43,183 nt of DNA from Candidatus Brocadiia bacterium (GCA_046538485.1 JBKHIT010000041.1:1-43183); one strand, 5' to 3'. Positions 18,194-27,953 are shown, counted from the stretch's first letter. The notes: generated from the sequence alone by a model not told the origin. Translations and numbers: made by a program.

Positions 18194-18795
18194 CTAAAGC
18201 CTCTCAATATCCTCATCATGCCTCCCCCGCGGCACGAACTGGGCGTAGTGCCGCCGACAGATCTCCGGGCTGTTTCCCATCCAGGCGCTTATCTTGTCAA
18301 GAGATACGCCGTCTTGCACGAGTAAAGTAGCAAACGTGTGTCTCCACGCATTCCAGCGGATCCGGTCCCTTGGGATATTTCCGCACATTCGCCTGAGTTC
18401 CTCGAGGATACAGCGAGCTTCCCAGGTCCATTTGCGCCGGCGGGGAACAATGTATCCGTCCTTTTCTCCCGCGCTGGTTTTCAGAATACTTTCCAGGGCC
18501 GAGGCCAGAGGAACCACGCGGGGTTGTTTTGTTTTCGTGGTCGGCACGGTGATCCGACGTTCCCCGAAACGCACGTCCCGCCACCGGGCCCGCCATATCT
18601 CGCTGCGGCGCATTCCGGTCAATCGTCCGTTCTGAGAGCCAGTTCGATCTCGAGCCGATGTGCTTCGGCTTCGGATTCAGAGACTTTCCCCACGGAGATC
18701 TCGTAAGTGTTCTCTCCGTCGCGCCAGTAAATTCGCCATCCACCGTCCCTTTCCCTTTTTCCCGGACGCGGGAATTCCTTCTTCGGTCGAGCCAT
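18194..18795 (-). pseudogene. Tyrosine integrase with internal deletion and frameshift
   Basis: N-terminal arm-binding-like piece (GGWRIYW, 18795-18619) joined out of frame to the catalytic domain (LTGMRRSE, TTKTK, WRHTFAT.L, MGN, RRHY). Confidence 0.88.
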
Positions 18796-18814
18796 AGGCA
18801 CCTCCTCGCCAACG

Positions 18815-18839
18815 GTTTTGTTGGCGGAGTTTTGTTGGC
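18815..18839. repeat. Direct repeat GTTTTGTTGGC x2, possible integrase arm-type sites
   Basis: Copies at 18815-18825 and 18829-18839, between the tRNA and the integrase start. Confidence 0.5.
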
Positions 18840-18899
18840 ACCCGGCCCAACAGAAAACAGGCCAAGGCGCCTAAGTAGTGCCCCGGCCTGTAGTTAAGA

Positions 18900-18977
18900 T
18901 GGGGTGACCAGTGGGATTCGAACCCACAGCCCCCAGAGCCACAGTCTGGTGCTCTCTCCAGTTGAGCTATGGTCACC
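18900..18977 (-). tRNA. tRNA-His (GTG)
   Basis: G-1 plus GTGACCA/TGGTCAC acceptor stem, anticodon arm CCAGA-CTGTGGC-TCTGG, GGTTCGAATCC T-arm, encoded CCA. Confidence 0.97.
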
Positions 18978-19015
18978 ACCGCAACGCATAATGGTACCCG
19001 GAAACCGTCTGTTGA

Positions 19016-19747
19016 TCAAGCTATGTTTTTGTTGACGATTTCGACAGTAGATTCGTTGGCAGTCGGATCTATGGATTTTACGAGCAAAGAGACTTTGTTG
19101 TCTTCGTCCAGCGCATCCCAATAAAGATTTAGTGTTTCATCCGGGTCGTTTGTGAGCGGAAGAGGACGGGGTTCCCCGGTAAAAGAGGGCAACGGATCCC
19201 CATCACCGTCATAGGTCGCGATAAAATGTCCCACCCCCGGAATCGCAGCCGCGTAGTTATAGATGTGCCGAACCGGATATGCTTCGTTATTGAAAAGCGT
19301 CTTTAAAATGCCCAACTGGTAAGCATGGCGGGGGTCTTCGAGATTGATCAGAGCTGCTATCCGGGGCGTGTAGTTCGGGGTGTCAGGCTCGAAGGTGCGA
19401 GTGTAGAGCGCCCATTCAAAACTCTTTCCTTCCTCGAGAGCTTGAAATATAGTGTCCGTCTGATCTCCGTTCGTCACAATATGGGCCGTTCTCCGCGTCC
19501 GGATGCAGTTGTAAATGATCAAAGATGGGTCTTCAACTTTTGACTCGTCGAAGGGCGCGGTGCGAACGACGTCATCTTCCTGGACAAAAATCCTGTTTCG
19601 GCTGTTCTCGCTCCGGCCCATGATCCAGTACACTTCCATCAGATGCTGACCATCGGGGCTCTGTCCGACGACGATACCACGTCCGGGGTAGCGATTCTCC
19701 CGCAGGGCGCGCAGATTTGCCTGAGCAACATCATTGATATCCATCAT
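19016..19747 (-). CDS. Stand-alone IMP cyclohydrolase-like protein (PurO family)
   Basis: YPGRGIVVG, YWIMGRSENSRNR, DPSLIIY, IVTNGDQTD, FEPD.PNYTPRI. Confidence 0.85.
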   Translation of the reverse strand: MMDINDVAQANLRALRENRYPGRGIVVGQSPDGQHLMEVYWIMGRSENSRNRIFVQEDDVVRTAPFDESKVEDPSLIIYNCIRTRRTAHIVTNGDQTDTIFQALEEGKSFEWALYTRTFEPDTPNYTPRIAALINLEDPRHAYQLGILKTLFNNEAYPVRHIYNYAAAIPGVGHFIATYDGDGDPLPSFTGEPRPLPLTNDPDETLNLYWDALDEDNKVSLLVKSIDPTANESTVEIVNKNIA

Positions 19748-20024
19748 TTGGGTTCTCCCGTTCAAGTGTTCAGTAGGTTTATCGTCGTTGCGAAAAGTAT
19801 TTTGCCGTCCACGCCATTTTTCTGCAAGTCGGGCGAACTTTACACGGTGGATATGCTCAAAAAAAGCACAGACTTCGCGTTTTTATGTCCCTTTCGTTGT
19901 TCCCGTCCCCTTAAGTCCCTTTGCGGGTCCGTCCCAGACCACCTCCCACAGTTTGCGCCCCCTGACTCTGCCGACTAAAATAGATTCTGGCTCCCCGAAC
20001 TTTCATCCCTTTTCAGGTGTTCTT

Positions 20025-21878
20025 ATGGACGTCCATGACCTCGATATTGTTGTGGTTGGCGCCGGCCATGCCGGGTGTGAAGCGGCCCTGTCTGCGGCCC
20101 GGATGGGCGCCCGGACGGCTTTGCTGACAATCAATCTGGATAATATCGCTTACATGAGCTGCAATCCGGCGATCGGCGGACTTGCCAAAGGGCAACTTGT
20201 GCGCGAAATCGACGCTTTGGGTGGCGAGATGGGGAAAGTCATCGATGCGACGGGCATCCAGTTTCGGATGATCAATACCAGCAAAGGCCCTGCCATGCAT
20301 TCCCCCCGGGCGCAGGCCGATAAGGCCCAGTATGTTCTGGAAATGAAACACCGACTGGAAGCTCAGGAAAATCTCATGCTCCGCCAGGAACTGGCCCAAG
20401 ATCTCATTATGGAAGAGGGCGCCGCGCGCGGGATACGCTGCCTGAGCGGTCTCACGTACCACGCCGATGTGGTGATTCTCACCACCGGGACATTTCTCCG
20501 CGGGGTTCTTCATTCAGGCCCCTGGAAAACCCCGGGGGGACGTATGGGGGAACTGGCGGCCGATGAACTCTCCGACTCTCTGCAGGAAACCGGCCTTGAA
20601 ATAGATCGATTGAAAACCGATACCCCGCCAAGAGTCAACGGTCACACGCTTGATTTTGAGAAAATGGAATCACAAGACGGCGATAATGACCCGTGTCCTT
20701 TCAGTTTCTCAACGGGAAAAATCGATCGCGAACAAATCCCATGCTATATGACCTACACTAATCCGGCGACCCACGAAGCTATCCGCGAAGGACTGGACCG
20801 CGCTCCGCTCTATGATGGGCAAATCCAGGCCGGTATGGGACCGCGATACTGTCCTTCGATCGAGATCAAAGTAGTGCGGTTCCCCGAGAAAGAAAAACAC
20901 CTGCTGTTCCTCGAACCCGAAGGCCGAAACACTCTCGAATATTATTGCAACGGTTTGTTCACGAGTCTGCCCCGGGACGTTCAGGAGGAGATGGTCCATA
21001 CGATCCCGGGCATGGAAGACGCTCAGATCATGCGATACGGTTATGCCGTTGAGTATGATTACGTTCCGCCAACCCAGCTCTGGCCGACCCTTGAAACGAA
21101 AAACGTGGAGGGCCTTTTTCACGCGGGGCAGATCAACGGGACCAGCGGATATGAAGAGGCCGCCGGACAGGGGATTGTGGCAGGAATCAATGCCGCTCGG
21201 AAACTTCAGGGGAAAGATGGTCTTGTGCTCGGTCGCGATGAGGCCTACATCGGTGTCTTGATCGATGATCTCGTGACCAAAGGCACCGATGAACCATACC
21301 GGATGTTCACCTCGCTGGCGGAATATCGTCTGCTGCTCCGGCAGGATAATGCTGATCGGCGTCTGATGAAATACGGATATGAGAACGAACTGATCGGTGA
21401 GGATCAGTGGAAACGATTGCAGGAGAAGGAGGAAACCATCGAACGACTTCGCACATATCTTGATTCGCACCATCGCGACGGCGATCCGCTCACGAAGATC
21501 CTTCGCCGCCCCGAGATGAGCCTGGAGGATCTTGCGGAAGGCGATGAGGAGCTACAAAAACTGACCGGTGACCCCGAGGCCAACGAACAGGTGGAGATTG
21601 AGGTCAAATACGAGGGTTATTTTGAGCGGCAGAAACGAAGGATTGAAAAGTTCCACCAATCGGAAGACAAAAAAATTCCAGAATGGATTGATTACGATCA
21701 AATTAGCGAACTGCGACGGGAAGCGAAACAAAAATTCAGCGAAGTCCAACCCCGTTCGCTCGGCCAGGCGGCTCGGATAAGCGGGATCTCGCCCGCAGAC
21801 GTCTCCATCCTCATGATCTATATGGAAGGACGCCGCCGACAATCTGAATCCGAGGCCCGGCAGCGTGCGTTAGATTAG
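20025..21878 (+). CDS. mnmG: tRNA uridine-34 5-carboxymethylaminomethyl modification enzyme
   Basis: VVGAGHAGCEAA, MSCNPAIGGLAKG, GPRYCPSIE, AGQINGTSGYEEAA, EPYRMFTS. True ATG at 20025. Confidence 0.97.
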   Translation: MDVHDLDIVVVGAGHAGCEAALSAARMGARTALLTINLDNIAYMSCNPAIGGLAKGQLVREIDALGGEMGKVIDATGIQFRMINTSKGPAMHSPRAQADKAQYVLEMKHRLEAQENLMLRQELAQDLIMEEGAARGIRCLSGLTYHADVVILTTGTFLRGVLHSGPWKTPGGRMGELAADELSDSLQETGLEIDRLKTDTPPRVNGHTLDFEKMESQDGDNDPCPFSFSTGKIDREQIPCYMTYTNPATHEAIREGLDRAPLYDGQIQAGMGPRYCPSIEIKVVRFPEKEKHLLFLEPEGRNTLEYYCNGLFTSLPRDVQEEMVHTIPGMEDAQIMRYGYAVEYDYVPPTQLWPTLETKNVEGLFHAGQINGTSGYEEAAGQGIVAGINAARKLQGKDGLVLGRDEAYIGVLIDDLVTKGTDEPYRMFTSLAEYRLLLRQDNADRRLMKYGYENELIGEDQWKRLQEKEETIERLRTYLDSHHRDGDPLTKILRRPEMSLEDLAEGDEELQKLTGDPEANEQVEIEVKYEGYFERQKRRIEKFHQSEDKKIPEWIDYDQISELRREAKQKFSEVQPRSLGQAARISGISPADVSILMIYMEGRRRQSESEARQRALD

Positions 21879-21895
21879 CCGTCCACGCTCACAAT

Positions 21896-22000
21896 GTCAT
21901 TGCGAGGTGTTACGCCCGGCGGAGCGCCGGTGCAATCTCGCTGTTGGGCTGAAAAAACGACAAGATTGCTTCGCCCACCTGACGATGGGCTGGCAATGAT
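21896..22000. repeat. REP-like palindromic element (GTCATTGCGAG...GCAATCTC...AGATTGCTTCG...GCAATGA)
   Basis: Nested inverted repeats; a half copy lies at ~38905-38942. Confidence 0.7.
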
Positions 22001-22164
22001 CCATGGAGGTATTTCTGGCTGCAGGCGCACCGGAGGAAATCCGGGGGATAAGGCAGCCGCAAGGAGGCGGACCAACAGGAGAATCACAGAAAAGTTATCC
22101 GGTCCCGCTTAGTTCTTTCGCCGCATTCTGATAGAATTGTGTCAGCGTTTGAGGAGACTCGATT

Positions 22165-23232
22165 TTGAGCGACGACACCATGACGGAAGATTCCAGAGAG
22201 CACATTCTGTGTGTCGATCCCGAAGATCTGGCCGTGTGGTTCCAGGAACAGGGCGAACCTTCCTACCGGCTCGATCAGGTGTTGAACTGGGTTTACGATA
22301 AACGCGTTACGTCGTTTGAAGAAATGACTTCGCTTTCAAAGGAATTACGCGAAAAACTCGATTCAACATTCCGTATCGGCGGGACGAATGTGATTAACGA
22401 GCTTCGCTCTGAGCGGACAACCACCGAAAAACTTGTCATTCAGCTTCCCGATGGAGCTCAGGTCGAAAGCGTGCGGATGGAGGATGAAGGCCGGCCGAGT
22501 TTTTGCATCTCCAGCCAGGTTGGGTGTCAGGTCGGATGCCGGTTCTGTGCGACCGGCCAGATGGGATTTGTGCGAGATCTTGAAGCATGGGAAATTCTTG
22601 GTCAGGTTGTTGAACTGGCCAAACGGCAAGATGGACTCGGCAATGTGGTGTTTATGGGGATGGGCGAACCGCTTCTCAATCTGGACAATGTTCTGGAAGC
22701 CCTTGACTCTTTGACCGATCCCTGTCGATTCGGGCTGGGGACGCGCCGGATTACTGTATCGACCGTGGGAATTCCTGAAGGGATCCGCCGGCTTGCCCAC
22801 GCGACGGCCCGGCCGCGGTTAGCTCTTTCACTTAACTCGCCTTTGGAGCAGGAGCGTGACGAGCTGATTCCACACACCCGGCGTTTTGAGCTCCGGGATG
22901 TGCTGGAGGCCTGTCGCGAGTATCGCGATCGGACCGGACGTCGGATTTCCCTTGAATATGTTTTGATAGCGGGGGTGAACACCGGTACTCCCAGAGCTCA
23001 AAGACTCGTGCAAATAGCGAAGAATCTGGAGGCAAGGGTGAATTTAATCGCGCTGAATCCCGTTCAAGGCATCGGATATGAATCACCCGAGCGAGAGGAG
23101 GTTGAAGAGTTTCGAGAAGTAATGGAAGATGAAAACGTGCGTGTGACTCAACGGTATAAACGAGGACGCGACATTGCAGCAGGTTGTGGTCAGCTCGCCA
23201 CGAAGAAATCCGAAATGGGGGAGGGCGAATGA
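22165..23232 (+). CDS. rlmN: 23S rRNA/tRNA m2A methyltransferase (radical SAM)
   Basis: CISSQVGCQVGCRFC, VFMGMGEP, TVSTVG, EYVLI.GVN, DIAAGCGQL. Confidence 0.95.
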   Translation: MSDDTMTEDSREHILCVDPEDLAVWFQEQGEPSYRLDQVLNWVYDKRVTSFEEMTSLSKELREKLDSTFRIGGTNVINELRSERTTTEKLVIQLPDGAQVESVRMEDEGRPSFCISSQVGCQVGCRFCATGQMGFVRDLEAWEILGQVVELAKRQDGLGNVVFMGMGEPLLNLDNVLEALDSLTDPCRFGLGTRRITVSTVGIPEGIRRLAHATARPRLALSLNSPLEQERDELIPHTRRFELRDVLEACREYRDRTGRRISLEYVLIAGVNTGTPRAQRLVQIAKNLEARVNLIALNPVQGIGYESPEREEVEEFREVMEDENVRVTQRYKRGRDIAAGCGQLATKKSEMGEGE

Positions 23233-23873
23233 ATCACCCGCGCGTTAAACTCGTGGTTTTCGATATGGAGGGTTGTCTGACCGACGCCCCGACGGTATGG
23301 GAGATCATGCACAGGAAGCTGGGGACGTGGGAATCTCACGGCCAACCTTATTGGGACCGATACCGGGCGGGGGAGTTCGGCTACGACAGGTTTGCCCGCA
23401 TGGACGTTGCCGTCTGGACGGGTGCTTCGCGGGAAATGCTCCACCAGAGCGTTGCCGAAGTGAACTACATGCCAGGTTGCCGTGAGTTATTAAATGATTT
23501 GTCGCAACAGGATGTGAAAGTTGCAATTATCACTAACGGTTTGCTCTGTGTTGCGAAACGTCTGGCGCAGGAATTCGGGATTCAGGACATCCATGGAAAC
23601 AGCGCTGTCTGCGAGAACGGAACTCTAACAGGTGAGATAGATCTTGCCGTGCCGTTCGGGAAAAAAGGAGAGATCCTCCAGCGTCTGATGGAAGAAATGA
23701 ACCTCGGACCGGAACAAACGGCTGCCATCGGCGATGGACCGGCCGACATCGAGATGTTTCGGGAATCGGGGACAAGCATCGCCTTTTGCCCGTCCGCGCC
23801 AGAGGTTGCCGGAGCCGCCATGCACGTGGTGAACCGGAAAGACCTGCGTGAACTGAGGACGCATCTGTTCTGA
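23229..23873 (+). CDS. HAD-superfamily phosphoserine-phosphatase-like hydrolase
   Basis: VVFDMEGCL, IITNG, K, AIGDGPADIEMF; ATGA overlap with rlmN. Confidence 0.85.
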   Translation: MNHPRVKLVVFDMEGCLTDAPTVWEIMHRKLGTWESHGQPYWDRYRAGEFGYDRFARMDVAVWTGASREMLHQSVAEVNYMPGCRELLNDLSQQDVKVAIITNGLLCVAKRLAQEFGIQDIHGNSAVCENGTLTGEIDLAVPFGKKGEILQRLMEEMNLGPEQTAAIGDGPADIEMFRESGTSIAFCPSAPEVAGAAMHVVNRKDLRELRTHLF

Positions 23874-24037
23874 GATTGGACATTTGCTGGCCCTGTCTCA
23901 TGCATCTCGGAAAGACCGACAGTGCGAATTCCTCACCTTTGACATCTCGGAACATTTGAGTTTATCTTGATGGTAGGAATCTCAGGATAAACTTTAGCGA
24001 GGAACGCCAATCACATCAGTTTTATTGGCTGCAAAAA

Positions 24038-24871
24038 ATGTACACTTATCGCACAGACGTGCCTCCCCCCCATAGCCTCAGAAGGCTTTTTCCTGTCTTT
24101 GCACCTTTTTGCTCCTTGTTGCCCCGCTTTCATAAGGAGCGCGCATTCCATGCTTATTGCGTGGGACTCCCGAGAAGTGGAACCCATTCAATTGCCGCTA
24201 CGCTGAGGAACTTCCGGTCGGCTCACGAGCCTATGTGTTCCACGACAATTGACCATTCAATTGAGTACTTCCGCTGTGGAATGGGATACCGTTTTTCGAG
24301 AGACATTATGCTGACGAGGGACAAATACCTTTATCTGGAGATGGAGTCGGCACATTACCTGGAGCTTATGGTACCATTGTTGGTTGAGATTTTTCCGAGA
24401 GCGAAATTTATCATGACTGTTAGAAATCCTATTGAATGGTTAGTCTCAGAGATTAATCAACGGTTGAGGGGGAGCGGGCGAAGATGTTTCAGAAAGCAGA
24501 TAGCCTTTATATACGGGGGATACGGCGGGCGACGTCCTTCCATCGAACGAGACCTGGGAGAAAACCAGTATCTTTACCCACTGGCTAATTATTTTCGCTA
24601 TTGGCGGGATCATCAGCAGCGGGTGATAGAATCAGTTCCAAAGGAAAGGTTGCTGGTCGTTCGTACAGAGGATTTGTCCGACAGCTGGGATGACATAGCG
24701 AATTTCCTTGGGATAAAACAGCAAGAATTATGTCTGGAATATGGGCGTAGCCATTCGTTTGATAACTATGAAATACGTGTTTTGGAAAAAATCCCTCGCT
24801 CCTATGTGAAAGAGCTCGCACTGAAGCATTGTCAGCCTTTCCTCTCAAGATTATATCCTGATTTCAACTAG
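24038..24871 (+). CDS. Sulfotransferase family protein
   Basis: CVGLPRSGTHS PAPS-binding loop, FPRAKFIMTVRNP.EW..S, VPKERLLV. Confidence 0.82.
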   Translation: MYTYRTDVPPPHSLRRLFPVFAPFCSLLPRFHKERAFHAYCVGLPRSGTHSIAATLRNFRSAHEPMCSTTIDHSIEYFRCGMGYRFSRDIMLTRDKYLYLEMESAHYLELMVPLLVEIFPRAKFIMTVRNPIEWLVSEINQRLRGSGRRCFRKQIAFIYGGYGGRRPSIERDLGENQYLYPLANYFRYWRDHQQRVIESVPKERLLVVRTEDLSDSWDDIANFLGIKQQELCLEYGRSHSFDNYEIRVLEKIPRSYVKELALKHCQPFLSRLYPDFN

Positions 24872-24968
24872 CCCGGATTTTGGGGATGAATTAAGCTAAT
24901 TATTGTCAAATTGCACGGCGCTTGTTTGTTGGACACCACTCAAAGGCTTACGAGAACAAAAATCCGGG
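24872..24968. mobile_element. 97-bp MITE-like element, copy 2
   Basis: CTAG-CCCGGATTTT...AAAATCCGGG-CTAA; counterpart of 1810-1905. Confidence 0.7.
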
Positions 24969-25124
24969 CTAAAGCAACGGCGTATTAAATCTAACAACGT
25001 GAAAATCAGTGATTGGCAACTCTTCAATTGCCGTTTCAGTCTATCTTCGACAAATGAACCCGAAATCCGTGGCAATGTTTGGCGAGTTTAAAGACGCTTC
25101 CTGGGGCTCCCGCAAGGAAACCGT

Positions 25125-26135
25125 ATGAAATATCACCCGGGCAAACTGGAATTTGACCTGTTGTCGAAGTTGCTCGAAAGCAACCGTATCGACGATGAAC
25201 GCGTGGAGATCCAACCGGCGGTCGGGGAGGATGTCTGCGCGATCCGGATGGGCGATCGCTATCTCGTGGCGAAGACGGATCCCATTACCTTTGCCACCGA
25301 TCGGATTGGCTGGTATGTCGTGCAGGTCAACGCGAACGATCTCGCCACGGCTGGCGTCCGGCCACGGTGGTTCCTGGTTACGGCGCTGTTGCCTGAAAAC
25401 AATACCGACGAAGAGCTGGTGCGGAGCATCTGGGACGATCTCCAAAGTGCTCTCGATAGCATTGACTGCGAACTTTGCGGGGGGCACACCGAAGTGACGG
25501 TGGGGCTCGACCGCCCGATCCTGGTAGGCCATATGCTCGGGGACATTGAGCGTGAGGGGCTTATCGACAAATCCAATACTTGCCCCGGCGACCGGATTCT
25601 CGTGACCAAGGGTGTTCCCGTCGAGGGAACGGCGATTGTGGCTCTTGAGAAACCGGAGCTGCTCAGAGACTTGTTCTCCGAGGAAGAGGTGCGCGAGGCC
25701 AAAAATTATCTCGAAGATCCCGGTATCGGCGTCCTGGAAGAAGCCATGATCGCCTGCGATATTGGCGGTGTCCACGCCATGCACGACCCGACGGAAGGCG
25801 GAATCGCGACCGGACTCTGGGAACTGGGACAGGCTACGGAACTGGGAATGCGGGTGGAACAGGCTCGGATACCTTTGCTCGAACCGGGGCTTTCGTTCTG
25901 CCGCCAACTCGGGCTCGATCCGCTCGGTGTGATCTCAAGCGGCGCGATGCTGATTGTGGCGGATCCCGATCGGGCCGATTCCATCCGGCAGGCTCTGCAG
26001 GCGAAGGGAATTGAATGCGCTGACATCGGAGAGATGCTCACCGCCGAAGAAGGTGCCATTCTGGTCCGAGACGGCGAAGAAATAGAGATGCCGACGTTCC
26101 CCCAGGACGAAATCACAAAACTATGGTCGGAGTGA
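25125..26135 (+). CDS. AIR synthase family (HypE/PurM-like) protein
   Basis: GED.C, KTDPIT, VNANDLA, CGGHTE, AMHDPTEGG, DPLG.ISSG. Confidence 0.88.
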   Translation: MKYHPGKLEFDLLSKLLESNRIDDERVEIQPAVGEDVCAIRMGDRYLVAKTDPITFATDRIGWYVVQVNANDLATAGVRPRWFLVTALLPENNTDEELVRSIWDDLQSALDSIDCELCGGHTEVTVGLDRPILVGHMLGDIEREGLIDKSNTCPGDRILVTKGVPVEGTAIVALEKPELLRDLFSEEEVREAKNYLEDPGIGVLEEAMIACDIGGVHAMHDPTEGGIATGLWELGQATELGMRVEQARIPLLEPGLSFCRQLGLDPLGVISSGAMLIVADPDRADSIRQALQAKGIECADIGEMLTAEEGAILVRDGEEIEMPTFPQDEITKLWSE

Positions 26136-26230
26136 TAATCACTTTCGCCAGAATCTCACCGAACAGGCCCTCGATTCTCTGCCCCTTTGGTTTTCCCTTC
26201 TAAGTCTCCCTTTTCCGAAAGGACCGAACG

Positions 26231-27493
26231 ATGGATACTTTCCAGGATCCTTTCCGTCTCTCCACGCACGGCTCCACCCGCGCCACGGCGTACGGTTTTA
26301 GCAATAAGAGCGTGACGATCGGCGACCGAACCCATGTCGTATGGGTCGATGCCATATCCAAAGTCATGGCGATGACTTACGATTGGAATGCCCGCTGCTG
26401 GAGCGAAACCTGCCAGATTTTCGAGGGGGCCGATAACCATACGACGCCGGCCCTGACGGTTGACCGCGAGAAGCATATTCATGTCGTCGGCGGTCCACAC
26501 GGTTGGTGGGGGGACTGGAATATGGCACGGTTCAAATGGTTCCGTTCCAGGGAGCCGAACAGCGTTGAAGAGTGGGGAGATGAAACTAATTTTGGCTATA
26601 ACGCCACCTACGCGTGCATGCTTCATATGCCCTGCGGACTCGACGCCATCGCTTACCGGGGCGGGGAAAGTCCGCGTTCGCTGATGTTCCAGCGTCAGCG
26701 TAAGAAAGGGGGCTGGACTACGGCACGGGAGATTCTCCGTCAGGATATCGAGCCGCAATATACTCATAATGGCGCGCGGATTAGCTGCGATTCGGACGGT
26801 ACGCTTTACATCGCCGGGCATTTTTACAACGTGGGAGACGGTTCCAATCCGCCGGTCACCGGCGATCGATTAAAAATGCGGTCCTACGGAGCGGCTGCTC
26901 TGAAATCCGAGGACATGGGCCGAACCTGGACCGATCTGTCGGGGAATCCTGTTGCGGTGCCGGTGACATACAGTGAAAATATCGCTGTCCCACCTGTCGG
27001 TGGCGACGTGAGACTTGCGGGTTTGTCGATGGACTCTGAGGGAGACCTCTGGGCGCTGATCAGCGATACTTCAGCGCAATCTCAATTCCTCTCGTTGTGT
27101 CTTTGGAACGGGGAGGAGTGGAGCACACGCGATCTCGGCAACGCTTTCGGTTCGGATCGTGCGCCGGTGTACGCCGTTATGACAATCGATGCTGAAGACC
27201 ACATTCATATCGCCGCGGCGGCCGTGCACAAAACACCTGAGATTACGAGAGCTTTTGCGCATCCTTCCAGCGAGGTGTTTCACGTCGTGTGCGATCAAGA
27301 CGTTCAGGATATTCAGTGTTGCCAGGTCAGTATTCCGGATGAGAAGACGGCGAATTGGATGCCGAACCTTTCGATGCCGGGTCCTTTTAACCCGGTGCAA
27401 TCTCCGGTCATTCTCTATACGCACGGCGAAAAAGGGGACGGTTGCCGCCCCGAGATGGAAACGGACGTCTATTGTGTTCTGCCTGAAACGTGA
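26231..27493 (+). CDS. BNR-repeat beta-propeller protein (sialidase-like fold)
   Basis: DNH..PAL.VD...HIHV, ATY, Asp-box SEDMGRTW. Confidence 0.75.
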   Translation: MDTFQDPFRLSTHGSTRATAYGFSNKSVTIGDRTHVVWVDAISKVMAMTYDWNARCWSETCQIFEGADNHTTPALTVDREKHIHVVGGPHGWWGDWNMARFKWFRSREPNSVEEWGDETNFGYNATYACMLHMPCGLDAIAYRGGESPRSLMFQRQRKKGGWTTAREILRQDIEPQYTHNGARISCDSDGTLYIAGHFYNVGDGSNPPVTGDRLKMRSYGAAALKSEDMGRTWTDLSGNPVAVPVTYSENIAVPPVGGDVRLAGLSMDSEGDLWALISDTSAQSQFLSLCLWNGEEWSTRDLGNAFGSDRAPVYAVMTIDAEDHIHIAAAAVHKTPEITRAFAHPSSEVFHVVCDQDVQDIQCCQVSIPDEKTANWMPNLSMPGPFNPVQSPVILYTHGEKGDGCRPEMETDVYCVLPET

Positions 27494-27730
27494 AAAATCA
27501 GTAAACTTGCTGAGGCCCAGACGGCTTTGCGCTGAAAAAATCGAGTGATTTTCCCGTGATTTAAAGTCTTAAAGGATGAAGTGATCCAATGTGCCATTTT
27601 CGGGTGGAAGGCTTCAGTTGCCACGGAGGAAGCCGGAACTTGTGAGCGACGTGACCCCGCAGAACGGCCGCTGGAAACCAGCGCCTGAACCGACCAAAGA
27701 AGATCGGGTCCTTATCCTGGAGGTCCTTTC

Positions 27731-27826
27731 ATGACCTCACGGGAGCGTTTCCGCCGCATCTGCGATTTCCAACCGGTGGATTGTCCGGTGCGCCGGGAGT
27801 GTGCGGCGTTTTTGCAGACAATGTGA
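27731..27826 (+). pseudogene. 5' stub of a URO-D/MtaA-family gene
   Basis: GGAGG RBS, then MTSRERFRRICDFQPVD…, a typical N-terminus of that family, ending after 31 codons. Confidence 0.6.
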
Positions 27827-27953
27827 GATGAAATATTGAGCAGATATGATAAGATTACAAACGGTCTTTTTTTACCTGTAAATTGCTCGCGATGTATGAG
27901 GATTGATGTGCTGGTTTGTTTCCCGCCGGTCTAAAAGGAAAGGATTTTTGCTT

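Larger units (their letters stand above)
12200..18899. mobile_element. Degenerate integrative element/prophage remnant at tRNA-His
   Basis: Integrase pseudogene next to the tRNA 3' end, TA pair, IS, phage-like fragment, AT-rich cargo. The left boundary is approximate and no att duplication was found. Confidence 0.75.

Noticed and set aside
18615..18625. Programmed frameshift in the integrase
   Set aside because: There is no slippery sequence, and the joined product would still lack the core-binding domain; a deletion explains it better.
18677..18979. 100-aa ORF on the minus strand
   Set aside because: It is a translation of the tRNA-His gene and the att region.
19734..20024. 97-aa N-terminal extension of MnmG
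   Set aside because: It overlaps the divergent gene start and low-complexity repeats; homology begins at ATG 20025.
27540..27730. Riboswitch or ncRNA in the intergenic region
   Set aside because: No recognisable consensus; part of the neighbouring region is explained by a gene stub.
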